IMG/VR virus record: IMGVR_UViG_3300008107_000043
Coordinates: 1 to 64,000 of that record
From: a virus
Lineage: Duplodnaviria > Caudoviricetes
DNA length: 64,000 bases
Reading direction: 5' to 3' (one strand)
Positions 1-8,171 of the stretch are shown one piece after another. Position numbers and translations under genes: made by a program. A model generated the notes under the pieces. It had not been told where the DNA came from and ran no database searches. It worked only from the letters and a program-made list of their open reading frames with translations. How positions within the stretch are numbered: position 1 is the first letter of the stretch; the number at the start of each line of letters is the position of its first letter.

Positions 1-1
1 C

Positions 2-673
2 CAATATATTGATTGTGGCACTAGCGGTGGTGTTTATGGTTTGGATCGTGGATACTGTCTTATGGTTGGAGGTGGAGATACTGCAGTCGCCACTTGTAAA
101 AGCATTTTTAATGCCCTCTCCCCAGGAATTGACGCTGCCCCCAGGACTCAATTTGACTCGGACATAACTTCTGCCGAATATGGATGGTTACATTGTGGTG
201 GTCCAGGTGCAGGACATTTTGTGAAGATGGTGCATAATGGCATTGAGTATGGTATTATGCAGGCATATGCAGAGGGATTTAACATCATCAAGAACGCTAA
301 TGCAGGTGCTCAGTATGTTAGAGAAGGTGATGCTGAGGTTGCCCCAATGGCAGATCCAGAAAGTTACTGCTATGATATTGATGTTGCTGAGGTTGCTGAG
401 TTATGGCGTCGTGGTAGCGTGGTTGGGTCTTGGTTACTTGACCTTACTGCTGATGTGTTACGCAGGGATGGTAGCCTTAAACAGTTCTCTGGAGGCGTAT
501 CCGACAGTGGTGAGGGTCGTTGGACTGTTTCTGCCGCTGTGGATCTGGGGGTTCCCGCTCCTGTTATTACTACTGCCTTATTTGAAAGATTTAACTCACG
601 CAATCTCGGATCGTTCGGAGCAAAGATTCTAAATGGAATGCGTTACATGTTCGGAGGACACCACGTTAGATAA
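2..673 (+). CDS. gnd: 6-phosphogluconate dehydrogenase (decarboxylating), 5'-truncated by window edge
   Basis: Open frame from base 2 (QYIDCGTSGGVYG); motifs GAGHFVKMVHNGIEYG and DSGEGRWT; known cyanophage AMG. Confidence 0.95.
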   Translation, partial: QYIDCGTSGGVYGLDRGYCLMVGGGDTAVATCKSIFNALSPGIDAAPRTQFDSDITSAEYGWLHCGGPGAGHFVKMVHNGIEYGIMQAYAEGFNIIKNANAGAQYVREGDAEVAPMADPESYCYDIDVAEVAELWRRGSVVGSWLLDLTADVLRRDGSLKQFSGGVSDSGEGRWTVSAAVDLGVPAPVITTALFERFNSRNLGSFGAKILNGMRYMFGGHHVR

Positions 674-674
674 A

Positions 675-681
675 ATAAATA
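675..681 (+). promoter_or_regulatory. T4-type late promoter (ATAAATA)
   Basis: ATAAATA just after gnd stop, about 20 nt before ATG 702. Confidence 0.55.
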
Positions 682-701
682 TTCACAAGTCGCAGGTACT
701 T

Positions 702-1073
702 ATGGATATTCTCCAATCGCCTCAAGAATACTTGTTTAATTTGCAGACAACAAGTTCATCTGAAGCAAAACGATTATGGAGAAAACACATAAAAGAAAGT
801 TGGAATCATAAATGTGCGTATTGTAACTCTGAAGAGAATTTAACATTAGACCACGTTGTTCCCCAATCAAAAGGTGGTTTAGATATTACAAAAAATGTGG
901 TATGCTGTTGCCATTCTTGTAATCAATCCAAGGGACACGAGTATTGGAAGTTGTGGTATGTCCAACAAGACTTCTATAATGAAGATAGTCTGAATAAAAT
1001 AGAAGACTGGATGAAACCACCAAAACCTACTAATCTTTACATTTATCGCCCAAGAAGGAATAATGCTTCATGA
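702..1073 (+). CDS. HNH endonuclease
   Basis: CAYC...TLDHVVPQSKGG...NVVCCCHSCNQSKG; start moved from 633 to ATG 702 to avoid gnd overlap. Confidence 0.85.
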   Translation: MDILQSPQEYLFNLQTTSSSEAKRLWRKHIKESWNHKCAYCNSEENLTLDHVVPQSKGGLDITKNVVCCCHSCNQSKGHEYWKLWYVQQDFYNEDSLNKIEDWMKPPKPTNLYIYRPRRNNAS

Positions 1074-1130
1074 TAAGTTCAACAACTCCATATAAACTTG
1101 CAGAAGTCATCAGAGACACTTGGCCTGGAC

Positions 1131-1159
1131 TTTACAACTCTCCAAAAAAGACTTATAAT
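1131..1159 (+). promoter_or_regulatory. sigma70-type early promoter
   Basis: TTTACA-N17-TATAAT. Confidence 0.65.
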
Positions 1160-1181
1160 GAGAAACCACCATCTACATCAA

Positions 1182-1445
1182 ATGAATCAGATACAAAAAC
1201 TTCAACAGATTGAATATACTGATCATTATTCAGTCTTTGATAGGAATGGTAAAAAAATTTGTGATACTGCAACCATTCAAGATGCTATGTTGATGGTATC
1301 TTTTGCAGAGGGGAGGACTTACAAGCAAGTTAAAATTCTTCTTGATCAGGTTGTAAATATTCCATCAACAAGAATGGAAGATGATAAACAACTTGAAGCA
1401 CAAAATGTTTTGCCCGAAAGAATGGCAGAACCTGTAATTGTATAA
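1182..1445 (+). CDS. hypothetical phage protein
   Basis: ORF; start placed at ATG 1182, downstream of the promoter. Confidence 0.6.
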   Translation: MNQIQKLQQIEYTDHYSVFDRNGKKICDTATIQDAMLMVSFAEGRTYKQVKILLDQVVNIPSTRMEDDKQLEAQNVLPERMAEPVIV

Positions 1446-1468
1446 ATTACCTTATATACTTAACAATC

Positions 1469-1708
1469 ATGAAATTTACAGTTTATTCAAAAGACGGTTG
1501 CCCATATTGCAGCAAAATCAAGCAGGTGCTAGAGTTAGCAAATCTTGAGCATGTAGTTTATACTCTAGGGACTAACTTTGATCGTGAAGGATTTTATTCT
1601 GAATTTGGGGAAGGTTCTACATTTCCTCAAGTTATCCTGAATGATCAAACACATCTTGGAGGATGTACGGACACAGTTCAATATCTTAAGGAGCAAAATC
1701 TAGTCTAA
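1469..1708 (+). CDS. nrdC: glutaredoxin
   Basis: YSKDGCPYC active site, TFPQV, LGGC. Confidence 0.92.
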   Translation: MKFTVYSKDGCPYCSKIKQVLELANLEHVVYTLGTNFDREGFYSEFGEGSTFPQVILNDQTHLGGCTDTVQYLKEQNLV

Positions 1709-2067
1709 TGGAATCTACTTTTCACGAAGTTTATTTTGATGTTGAAAAGGCAATCGATCTTGCTTTCAATGGACAATTTGTTTTAAAGTTTTATGATTAC
1801 TTAAAAATTCGTGGAACACTTAGGCGTGAGGTAGAAGAGTTTATTGAAAGTACCACTGCAACTGAAATTAGTAATCTTGTGATGGATCTGGACGAATATC
1901 TAGAAGGTGGTGCTGATGAAATACATAAACAATTGCGTGAAGGTTATGGTCATATTCCAAAACCACAAGCAAGAAAGATAAGAAATTATCTTTATGCAAT
2001 TCTTGAAGACGCTTGGAAATATAACCATGATAAACGACCAGGAAGACGGAAAAAGCAAACTAAATAA
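1708..2067 (+). CDS. conserved cyanophage hypothetical protein
   Basis: Coupled ORF; LREGYGHIPKPQARKI resembles cyanomyovirus core hypotheticals. Confidence 0.7.
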   Translation: MESTFHEVYFDVEKAIDLAFNGQFVLKFYDYLKIRGTLRREVEEFIESTTATEISNLVMDLDEYLEGGADEIHKQLREGYGHIPKPQARKIRNYLYAILEDAWKYNHDKRPGRRKKQTK

Positions 2068-2236
2068 ACCAGAACCCCAGATTAATCGGGGTGTTGAACT
2101 GTTACTTAGGAATAGGAGGAAGAGAGAGTCATCAAAGCCAAAAACTTTTCAAGTGAAGTTTGGTAAAATGATTTCTCTCTTTCGTAGAGAGTTTCATTTC
2201 TTCATTGAATTTCACTTTGATATTAGAAAAAAATAA
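1994..2236 (+). CDS. hypothetical protein (start uncertain)
   Basis: ORF fills the gap in the operon; basic C-terminus. Confidence 0.5.
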   Translation: MQFLKTLGNITMINDQEDGKSKLNKPEPQINRGVELLLRNRRKRESSKPKTFQVKFGKMISLFRREFHFFIEFHFDIRKK

Positions 2237-2254
2237 CTCTCTGGAGAAAGAAAA

Positions 2255-2485
2255 ATGTTAGCAGTAACTCTAACCATCGGCACATTAGTTTCAATAATGT
2301 TCTTTTTTGTTGGTGGTATGTTAGGATGGATGGCAAAGCAACATTTCTATGAAAGAAATTATATTGCTTCACTAAACACGCATCCAGAGATGTTTGATGA
2401 AAATGGGAATATTATTCCTGACGAAATTTTAGCAGTACGATTTGAGAATGACTATGACTACGACGAAGACGAAGAAGACGACTGA
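2255..2485 (+). CDS. small membrane protein
   Basis: N-terminal TM segment, HPEMFDENG motif, acidic tail, GGAG SD. Confidence 0.7.
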   Translation: MLAVTLTIGTLVSIMFFFVGGMLGWMAKQHFYERNYIASLNTHPEMFDENGNIIPDEILAVRFENDYDYDEDEEDD

Positions 2486-3020
2486 AAAACCTATTGACAG
2501 TCTTCCTCCAAATCCATTTGTTTTTGAAATTCTAGAACTTGCTTCTAAGCAACGCTCTACAGAAAAGAAAATCGAGGTTCTTAAAACCTACGAACACGAT
2601 TCTCTAAAGACTATTTTTATTTGGAATTTTGATGATACTGTAATCTCTCTTCTTCCTGAGGGAGATGTTCCTTATGGGGATCTAAAGGATCAGAATGTAT
2701 ATTCTGGAACTCTGTCACAAAATCTATCTAGAGAAGCAGTTGGTGGCGAATCTGCTACTGGACAAGATTTGGATGGTAGGGGACGCACTTCTTTGCGTAA
2801 AGAATATCAAAACCTTTATCACTATGTGAAGGGTGGTAATAATACACTTTCTACTATTCGTAGAGAGATGATGTTTATCAATCTTCTTCAGGGTCTTCAT
2901 CCGAAAGAAGCAGAGATTTTAATTCTTGTTAAAGACAGACGACTCATTGATAAATATAAAATCAATCACGAAATTGTAAAGAGTGCATATCCTGAAATTA
3001 CTTGGGGTGGTCGTTCGTGA
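2442..3020 (+). CDS. conserved T4-like hypothetical protein (DUF6433-like)
   Basis: LPEGDVPY...RREMMFINLLQGLHPKEAEIL. Confidence 0.7.
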   Translation: MRMTMTTTKTKKTTEKPIDSLPPNPFVFEILELASKQRSTEKKIEVLKTYEHDSLKTIFIWNFDDTVISLLPEGDVPYGDLKDQNVYSGTLSQNLSREAVGGESATGQDLDGRGRTSLRKEYQNLYHYVKGGNNTLSTIRREMMFINLLQGLHPKEAEILILVKDRRLIDKYKINHEIVKSAYPEITWGGRS

Positions 3021-3370
3021 GTAGACTTCGTAATGTTGTAAGAAATGAACAGGAGGAGCAACAATTGGATAAGGTAAATGAAAATTATATTGTTCCTTCT
3101 CAATATGGTTGTGAGATTCTTTTAGAAAAAACTGCAATTGAAAAAACAAAAGATGCTTCTTTTCCCAGCGATGCATATCTAGTTTGGTATGTTGTTGATG
3201 GTAAAGAATGTATTGATCTTTGTCGTGCAGCAAAAAAAGTAAGTCTTTTTGATATGTACTATGACAAATATGGTCCTGGTTCTATTCAAAAAATTGACTT
3301 TGGTTATGGAAGAGTTAATCCCAAACTATGGGGATACAAAGCACCTGAGGCAAAAAAGAAAAGAAAATGA
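3002..3370 (+). CDS. conserved cyanophage hypothetical protein
   Basis: ORF; FDMYYDKYG...GRVNPKLWG. Confidence 0.65.
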   Translation: MGWSFVSRLRNVVRNEQEEQQLDKVNENYIVPSQYGCEILLEKTAIEKTKDASFPSDAYLVWYVVDGKECIDLCRAAKKVSLFDMYYDKYGPGSIQKIDFGYGRVNPKLWGYKAPEAKKKRK

Positions 3371-3552
3371 GTGAAGGTTTTAGTGAAGAAAAGATTGAAG
3401 TCTCAATCTATAAAGATGAAGTTAAAAAGTTACTGAAGAAGTATAAAAAAGTTAAAAAGTATATGAAGTCTCCTCTGTTTACAGTCAAGACTATGGATGG
3501 TACGGAGAAATATGTAAGCAAACTAATTCAAGAAGCAGAGGAGAATCCATAG
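3367..3552 (+). CDS. hypothetical protein
   Basis: ATGA-coupled small ORF. Confidence 0.6.
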   Translation: MSEGFSEEKIEVSIYKDEVKKLLKKYKKVKKYMKSPLFTVKTMDGTEKYVSKLIQEAEENP

Positions 3553-3556
3553 TCTA

Positions 3557-3883
3557 ATGGGGAAGCATTATTTACTTAACTTGTACGGATGCTCGTTTGT
3601 CCTTTTGGACGACGAGCGTTGTCTTATAGACTTACTAGAAAATGCAGCAGTTGCAAGCGGTGCTACTGTGATTCAAACTATTTCAAAGAAGTTTGAACCA
3701 CAAGGAGTCACCGTTATTTGTCTTCTTTCAGAAAGTCATATCTCAATTCATACTTGGCCTGAGGAAGGTAAAGCAGCAGTTGATGTCTATACTTGTGGTG
3801 ATTGCAACCCCAAAATTGGTTGTGACATCATTATTCAACAACTTTATGCTCAGAATCATACTCTGAGTTATATTGAACGGTAA
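3557..3883 (+). CDS. speD: S-adenosylmethionine decarboxylase proenzyme (pyruvoyl-dependent)
   Basis: MGKH...FEPQGVT...LSESHISIHTWPE...DVYTCG; ESH self-cleavage motif. Confidence 0.92.
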   Translation: MGKHYLLNLYGCSFVLLDDERCLIDLLENAAVASGATVIQTISKKFEPQGVTVICLLSESHISIHTWPEEGKAAVDVYTCGDCNPKIGCDIIIQQLYAQNHTLSYIER

Positions 3884-3912
3884 AATAAATAACACTATAT
3901 CTGGTAAAGTTT

Positions 3913-4233
3913 ATGCTCTCTACACAATATCGTCTTCGGCTTGAAGCAATATGTGAACGAATTGTAAAAGGTGAATCAGTAGAATTGAGTGAAATGATCT
4001 GGGCAGAGAAACTTGCTCAGGCAAATAGAAGTGCAGGTACTCTGCTTCGTCAAGCAAGACGGAAAGCAGAAAATCCTGATATGCAAGAAGGTGGATTGGA
4101 TGATTTTTTGAACCAACTTGATATTGGTGGAATTGGTCACGAGTCCAAAGGAGTGTCTGGATTTGACACAGTGGATGATATTATAGATTTCTTCACTGAA
4201 GATAAACCAGATGACTGGAGACAAAGAGATTGA
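3913..4233 (+). CDS. conserved cyanophage hypothetical protein
   Basis: MLSTQYRLRLEAIC; ATAAATA at 3885-3891 upstream. Confidence 0.7.
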   Translation: MLSTQYRLRLEAICERIVKGESVELSEMIWAEKLAQANRSAGTLLRQARRKAENPDMQEGGLDDFLNQLDIGGIGHESKGVSGFDTVDDIIDFFTEDKPDDWRQRD

Positions 4234-4234
4234 G

Positions 4235-4266
4235 AAAGAGGGGTACTTGACTACCCCTCTTTTTTT
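4235..4266 (+). terminator. Rho-independent terminator
   Basis: AAAGAGGGGTA-CTTGAC-TACCCCTCTTT followed by a T run. Confidence 0.85.
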
Positions 4267-4275
4267 GTGTATAAT
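4247..4275 (+). promoter_or_regulatory. sigma70-type promoter overlapping the terminator
   Basis: TTGACT-N17-TATAAT. Confidence 0.75.
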
Positions 4276-4298
4276 TACCTTTGTCCGGGTTGATATGA

Positions 4299-4466
4299 AT
4301 GGATCAAGAAAAGCTTAAGTTAATTGTACAAAATCTTGAATCTCTGGTAGAATGCCTTAAGTCAGAGATTTGTTCTGATGTAGATGAATATAAACCTCTA
4401 CCATACGAACAAATCTCTCAGTACATTTCAGATTACGACGAAGTATTTTATGACGATGAAGTTTGA
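4299..4466 (+). CDS. small acidic hypothetical protein (55 aa, not in ORF track)
   Basis: MDQEKLKLIVQNLESLVECLKSEI...DYDEVFYDDEV*, directly after the promoter. Confidence 0.7.
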   Translation: MDQEKLKLIVQNLESLVECLKSEICSDVDEYKPLPYEQISQYISDYDEVFYDDEV

Positions 4467-4479
4467 AGACTACGAACTT

Positions 4480-5169
4480 ATGAAACCAGAAGTAAAACTA
4501 ATTAGTGTTACTCCTGATGCAGAGAAGCACATGGCATATTGTGCTCGCGTAAGTAATCCAAACAATCAAGAGAATGATAATTTCTCTGGATTACTTAAGT
4601 ATTGTATTAAGCATCAACACTGGAGTATTTTTGAACAGGCAACAATGACTGTTGAGATTAATACGACTCGTGGTATTGCAGCTCAGATACTGCGGCACAG
4701 GTCATTTACATTTCAGGAGTTTTCTCAACGGTATGCGGATACGAATCTGCTTGGTGGAACTATTCCTCTGCCAGAACTTCGTCGTCAGGATACAAAAAAT
4801 CGCCAGAACTCAATTAATGATATGGGCGATTATCTGAAACTGACATTGCTTGAAGATATTCGGATTCATTTTGCAGCTGCTCAGAGACTCTACGATCGCC
4901 TTCTAGAGGCAGGAGTGGCAAAGGAGTGTGCAAGGTTCGTTCTGCCTCTAGCAACGCCTACACGCCTCTATATGACGGGTTCTGTGAGGTCCTGGATTCA
5001 CTATATCGATCTTCGCTCTGGACACGGTACACAGAAAGAGCATAAGGATATTGCAGAAGCAATTCGTTGTCTCTTTACCTGTCAGTTTCCTGCTGTATCT
5101 TCTGCACTTGAATGGACTCGTGAAGGTTGTGCAGAATGTGTAGATGCACCTTCTATTTGCATAGAATAA
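4480..5169 (+). CDS. thyX: FAD-dependent thymidylate synthase
   Basis: QILRHRSFTFQEFSQRY ThyX motif; HWSIFE; start could be 4450, 4456 or 4480. Confidence 0.95.
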   Translation: MKPEVKLISVTPDAEKHMAYCARVSNPNNQENDNFSGLLKYCIKHQHWSIFEQATMTVEINTTRGIAAQILRHRSFTFQEFSQRYADTNLLGGTIPLPELRRQDTKNRQNSINDMGDYLKLTLLEDIRIHFAAAQRLYDRLLEAGVAKECARFVLPLATPTRLYMTGSVRSWIHYIDLRSGHGTQKEHKDIAEAIRCLFTCQFPAVSSALEWTREGCAECVDAPSICIE

Positions 5170-5198
5170 ATATCCTTATATAAAATGGAGTAATAAAG

Positions 5199-5447
5199 TT
5201 GGCAACTTATCCTGTTATTAATAAAGAAACTGGTGAACAAAAAGATGTTGTAATGAGTGTTCACGATTGGGATCAATGGAAAAAGGACAATCCAGAGTGG
5301 GATAGAGATTGGTCTGATCCATCTACTTGCCCAAGTTCAGGAGAACTGGGAGAAGTTTATGATAGACTGAAGAAATCTCATCCAGGATGGAATGATGTTC
5401 TTCACAGAGCATCAAAGGTTCCTGGTTCAAAAGTAAAATCTATCTGA
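5199..5447 (+). CDS. conserved hypothetical protein upstream of phoH
   Basis: TTG start with GGAG SD; MATYPVINKETGE, GWNDVL. Confidence 0.7.
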   Translation: MATYPVINKETGEQKDVVMSVHDWDQWKKDNPEWDRDWSDPSTCPSSGELGEVYDRLKKSHPGWNDVLHRASKVPGSKVKSI

Positions 5448-5455
5448 CTCTTATT

Positions 5456-6208
5456 ATGGCAAGAAAAAATACTCCCAAGAATCCAGTTCCTTTTGGTATG
5501 AGTAATAGGCAAATGAAAAGGAAAAAACCAATTAGTTCTGATATTATAAGAGAGATTGAACCTCTCACAGATAATCAAGAAGCACTATTTAAGTCTTATA
5601 AGTTAGAACAAAATATTGTTGCTTATGGATGTGCTGGTACAGGTAAAACATTCATTACCTTGTATAATGCACTAAGAGATGTTCTTGATGAAAAAACTCC
5701 TTATGAGAAAATCTATATTGTAAGGTCTCTTGTTGCAACTCGTGAGATTGGTTTCCTTCCTGGAGACCATGAAGATAAGTCTTCTCTTTATCAGATTCCA
5801 TATAAGAATATGGTTAAGTATATGTTTGAGTTGCCTGATGAAGCATCGTTCGAAATGCTGTATGGAAACCTCAAAACTCAAGGAACGATTAGTTTTTGGA
5901 GTACTTCTTTTATTCGGGGAACTACTCTGGACAATGCAATCATTATTGTAGATGAGTTTCAGAATCTAAACTTTCACGAACTTGATAGTATCATTACTCG
6001 TGTTGGAGAGAATAGTAAAATTATGTTCTGTGGTGATGCTACTCAATCTGACTTAGTTAAAACAAACGAAAAGAATGGTATTATTGATTTTATGAAGATT
6101 CTCCGTGTAATGCCTTCAATTGATATTGTTGAATTTGGTGTAGGAGATATTGTCCGCTCTGGATTTGTTAAAGAGTATATTATTGCAAAAATGGAATCTG
6201 GTCTATGA
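5456..6208 (+). CDS. phoH: PhoH-family ATPase
   Basis: GCAGTGKT Walker A, GFLPG, RGTT, IIVDEFQN, GDATQSD. Confidence 0.95.
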   Translation: MARKNTPKNPVPFGMSNRQMKRKKPISSDIIREIEPLTDNQEALFKSYKLEQNIVAYGCAGTGKTFITLYNALRDVLDEKTPYEKIYIVRSLVATREIGFLPGDHEDKSSLYQIPYKNMVKYMFELPDEASFEMLYGNLKTQGTISFWSTSFIRGTTLDNAIIIVDEFQNLNFHELDSIITRVGENSKIMFCGDATQSDLVKTNEKNGIIDFMKILRVMPSIDIVEFGVGDIVRSGFVKEYIIAKMESGL

Positions 6209-6885
6209 GTTTTATTCATCATAATTATCTGGGTGACATTGAACTAGAATGTAAAACTACAGAAAGCATCCGTCTCTATAATCTGCCCAATGGAGACTGG
6301 GTGCCTTCTATTACTTCTGTTACTTCCTTTTATAACAAAGATATCTTTGTTAAGTGGAGACAAAGAGTTGGTCTTGAAGAAGCAAACCGTATTACTAAAA
6401 GAGCAACGGCAAGAGGAACAGATTTTCACCAAGTCTGTCAGGACTATTTGGAAAACAAGGAATTGGATTGGAACAATTACCAACCAATGACAAAGATTAT
6501 GTTCATTCATGCTAAACCTTATCTTGATAAGATAAATAATATTCATGCAATTGAAAGGACTTTATATTCAGAATATCTTGGACTCGCTGGAAGAGTAGAT
6601 TGTATTGCAGAATATGAAGGAGAACTTGCGGTTATAGACTTTAAAACATCAGATAAGATTAAACCTGAGGAGTGGATTGAAAACTATTTCGTTCAAGAAA
6701 TGTTTTATGCTGCTGCTTACTATGAACTGACTAATATCGCTCCAGTTAAATTGATCACTTTAATGGTTACTCCTAGTGGTGAAGTTAAAGTATTTGACAA
6801 AAGGAACAAAGGCGATTATATTAAGTTATTAGTTCGGTATATCAAAAAATTTGTACATCACAATACTGGGTCAGATGGAGAATGA
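6205..6885 (+). CDS. PD-(D/E)XK exonuclease
   Basis: PSITSV, RGTDFH, AGRVDCIAE, IDFKTS, Q...Y motifs. Confidence 0.88.
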   Translation: MSFIHHNYLGDIELECKTTESIRLYNLPNGDWVPSITSVTSFYNKDIFVKWRQRVGLEEANRITKRATARGTDFHQVCQDYLENKELDWNNYQPMTKIMFIHAKPYLDKINNIHAIERTLYSEYLGLAGRVDCIAEYEGELAVIDFKTSDKIKPEEWIENYFVQEMFYAAAYYELTNIAPVKLITLMVTPSGEVKVFDKRNKGDYIKLLVRYIKKFVHHNTGSDGE

Positions 6886-7132
6886 ACTAGAAAAGGTACT
6901 GGAAAGTAAATTCTTTTGCCCATCAAGATTTGCTCAAGAGATTGAAAATCTTGTTCAAATTAATGGGGATATGAGTTACATTGATGCAATCATTCACTTT
7001 TGTGAGATGAATAGTATTGATGTGGAGTCGGTCCCCAAACTTATTTCTAAACCTCTTAAGGAAAAGATTAAGTACGAAGCAATGGAACTTAATTTTCTCA
7101 AGAGAAGTTCCAGGGCAAAATTACCCCTTTAA
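6875..7132 (+). CDS. gp33: late promoter transcription co-activator
   Basis: SYIDAIIHFCE...KLISKPLKEKIKYEA; synteny with gp59 and gp32. Confidence 0.88.
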   Translation: MENELEKVLESKFFCPSRFAQEIENLVQINGDMSYIDAIIHFCEMNSIDVESVPKLISKPLKEKIKYEAMELNFLKRSSRAKLPL

Positions 7133-7134
7133 TT

Positions 7135-7171
7135 CATTTTAGGGGAGAAATTTTTCCCGGCAAAAAATCAC
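7135..7171 (+). repeat. intergenic motif copy 1 (CATTTT..GG..AAA..TCCCGGCAAAAA)
   Basis: Shares TCCCGGCAAAAA and flanks with 28645-28685. Confidence 0.55.
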
Positions 7172-7186
7172 TATATTACTTTTTTA

Positions 7187-7783
7187 ATGATGCCCTTCGA
7201 TGCCTATCGTGAATACCTTGCTCTAAAGAATCACTTTACAAAAGATTCTTATGACTATCACAAGTACTGTGGTAAAAGTAGAGCAACTCTTCAGTCTTTT
7301 TATAAGCGTAAAGATCGTTTCTGGTTTGAAAAGGTTACTCGCCAAAAGACAGATAAAGAAATCGTAGAGTTTTTTGTTGCAAATTTTGTATCTTGCAATG
7401 ATCCAGAATCTCTTTGGATTGGTGAGATTATGAAAGAAGGTGAAACAAGATATAAGGAATGGCAAAAGAAAGTTCAATCATTATCTTATATCTTTAAGGA
7501 AGAAACTCAAAAGATATTTGAAGAAAATAAGTTTGAGGAAGTCTTTGATTGTTCAAAAGGACACCCACCACTACTTAAAAAATTCCTGAGCGGGAAGATT
7601 TCTCTAGAGACTATGGTGATTTGTGATAGAATCTTCCAGTACGGTAATAACTTTGATAAGAAACTCAAAGACCCAGTGTGGGAAACCGTCAGTCGTAGAA
7701 TTAAAAAGTATAACCCGTTTCTAAATATTGATGTATTTCGTTATCGTAAAATTTTGAAAGAAGTAATTTTAGGAGATTCATGA
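7187..7783 (+). CDS. gp59: helicase loader
   Basis: YLALKNHFT...YDYHKY, FYKRKDRFWFEK, ISLET. Confidence 0.9.
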   Translation: MMPFDAYREYLALKNHFTKDSYDYHKYCGKSRATLQSFYKRKDRFWFEKVTRQKTDKEIVEFFVANFVSCNDPESLWIGEIMKEGETRYKEWQKKVQSLSYIFKEETQKIFEENKFEEVFDCSKGHPPLLKKFLSGKISLETMVICDRIFQYGNNFDKKLKDPVWETVSRRIKKYNPFLNIDVFRYRKILKEVILGDS

Positions 7784-8124
7784 GTTTCTTTAATTCTGAA
7801 ATTGTTCGTGCAGAGATGGCAGAAATATCCGAACTGCAAGAGGAAATTTATGGAAGTGTCTTTAAATTTCCGACAATGACAACTGATGATAAAATTCGTC
7901 ATGTTAATCTTTTAGATAAACTTCTAAGTAAACAGCAAGTTCTTTATACTCGCTTGAGTCTTTCTGATGACCCTGAAGCAATTGAAATGAAAGAACGCAT
8001 TACGCAATCTGCAATTATGATGGGTATGCCACCAGGCACTGATATGAATATCATCTTGAACAATATGTCCAAGATGCTTGAAGTAATGAAAGAACAGATT
8101 GACAAAACTGGTTCTGACAAGTAG
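7780..8124 (+). CDS. DUF1825-like conserved cyanophage protein
   Basis: MSFFNSEIVR...YTRLSLSDDPEA; usual position before gp32. Confidence 0.75.
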   Translation: MSFFNSEIVRAEMAEISELQEEIYGSVFKFPTMTTDDKIRHVNLLDKLLSKQQVLYTRLSLSDDPEAIEMKERITQSAIMMGMPPGTDMNIILNNMSKMLEVMKEQIDKTGSDK

Positions 8125-8127
8125 AAT
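8099..8127 (+). promoter_or_regulatory. sigma70-type promoter for gp32
   Basis: TTGACA-N17-TAGAAT. Confidence 0.75.
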
Positions 8128-8171
8128 AACGAAGTACCAAAAGCCAAATCCAATTAATCCGAGGTATACAA

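Noticed and set aside
4384-4479. Long N-terminal extension of ThyX from the ORF track
   Set aside because: Overlaps a better small ORF (4299-4466); ThyX similarity begins near 4480
6205-6885. Cas4 / CRISPR adaptation gene
   Set aside because: Lacks the four-Cys Fe-S pattern; sits at the usual phoH-exonuclease-gp33 core position
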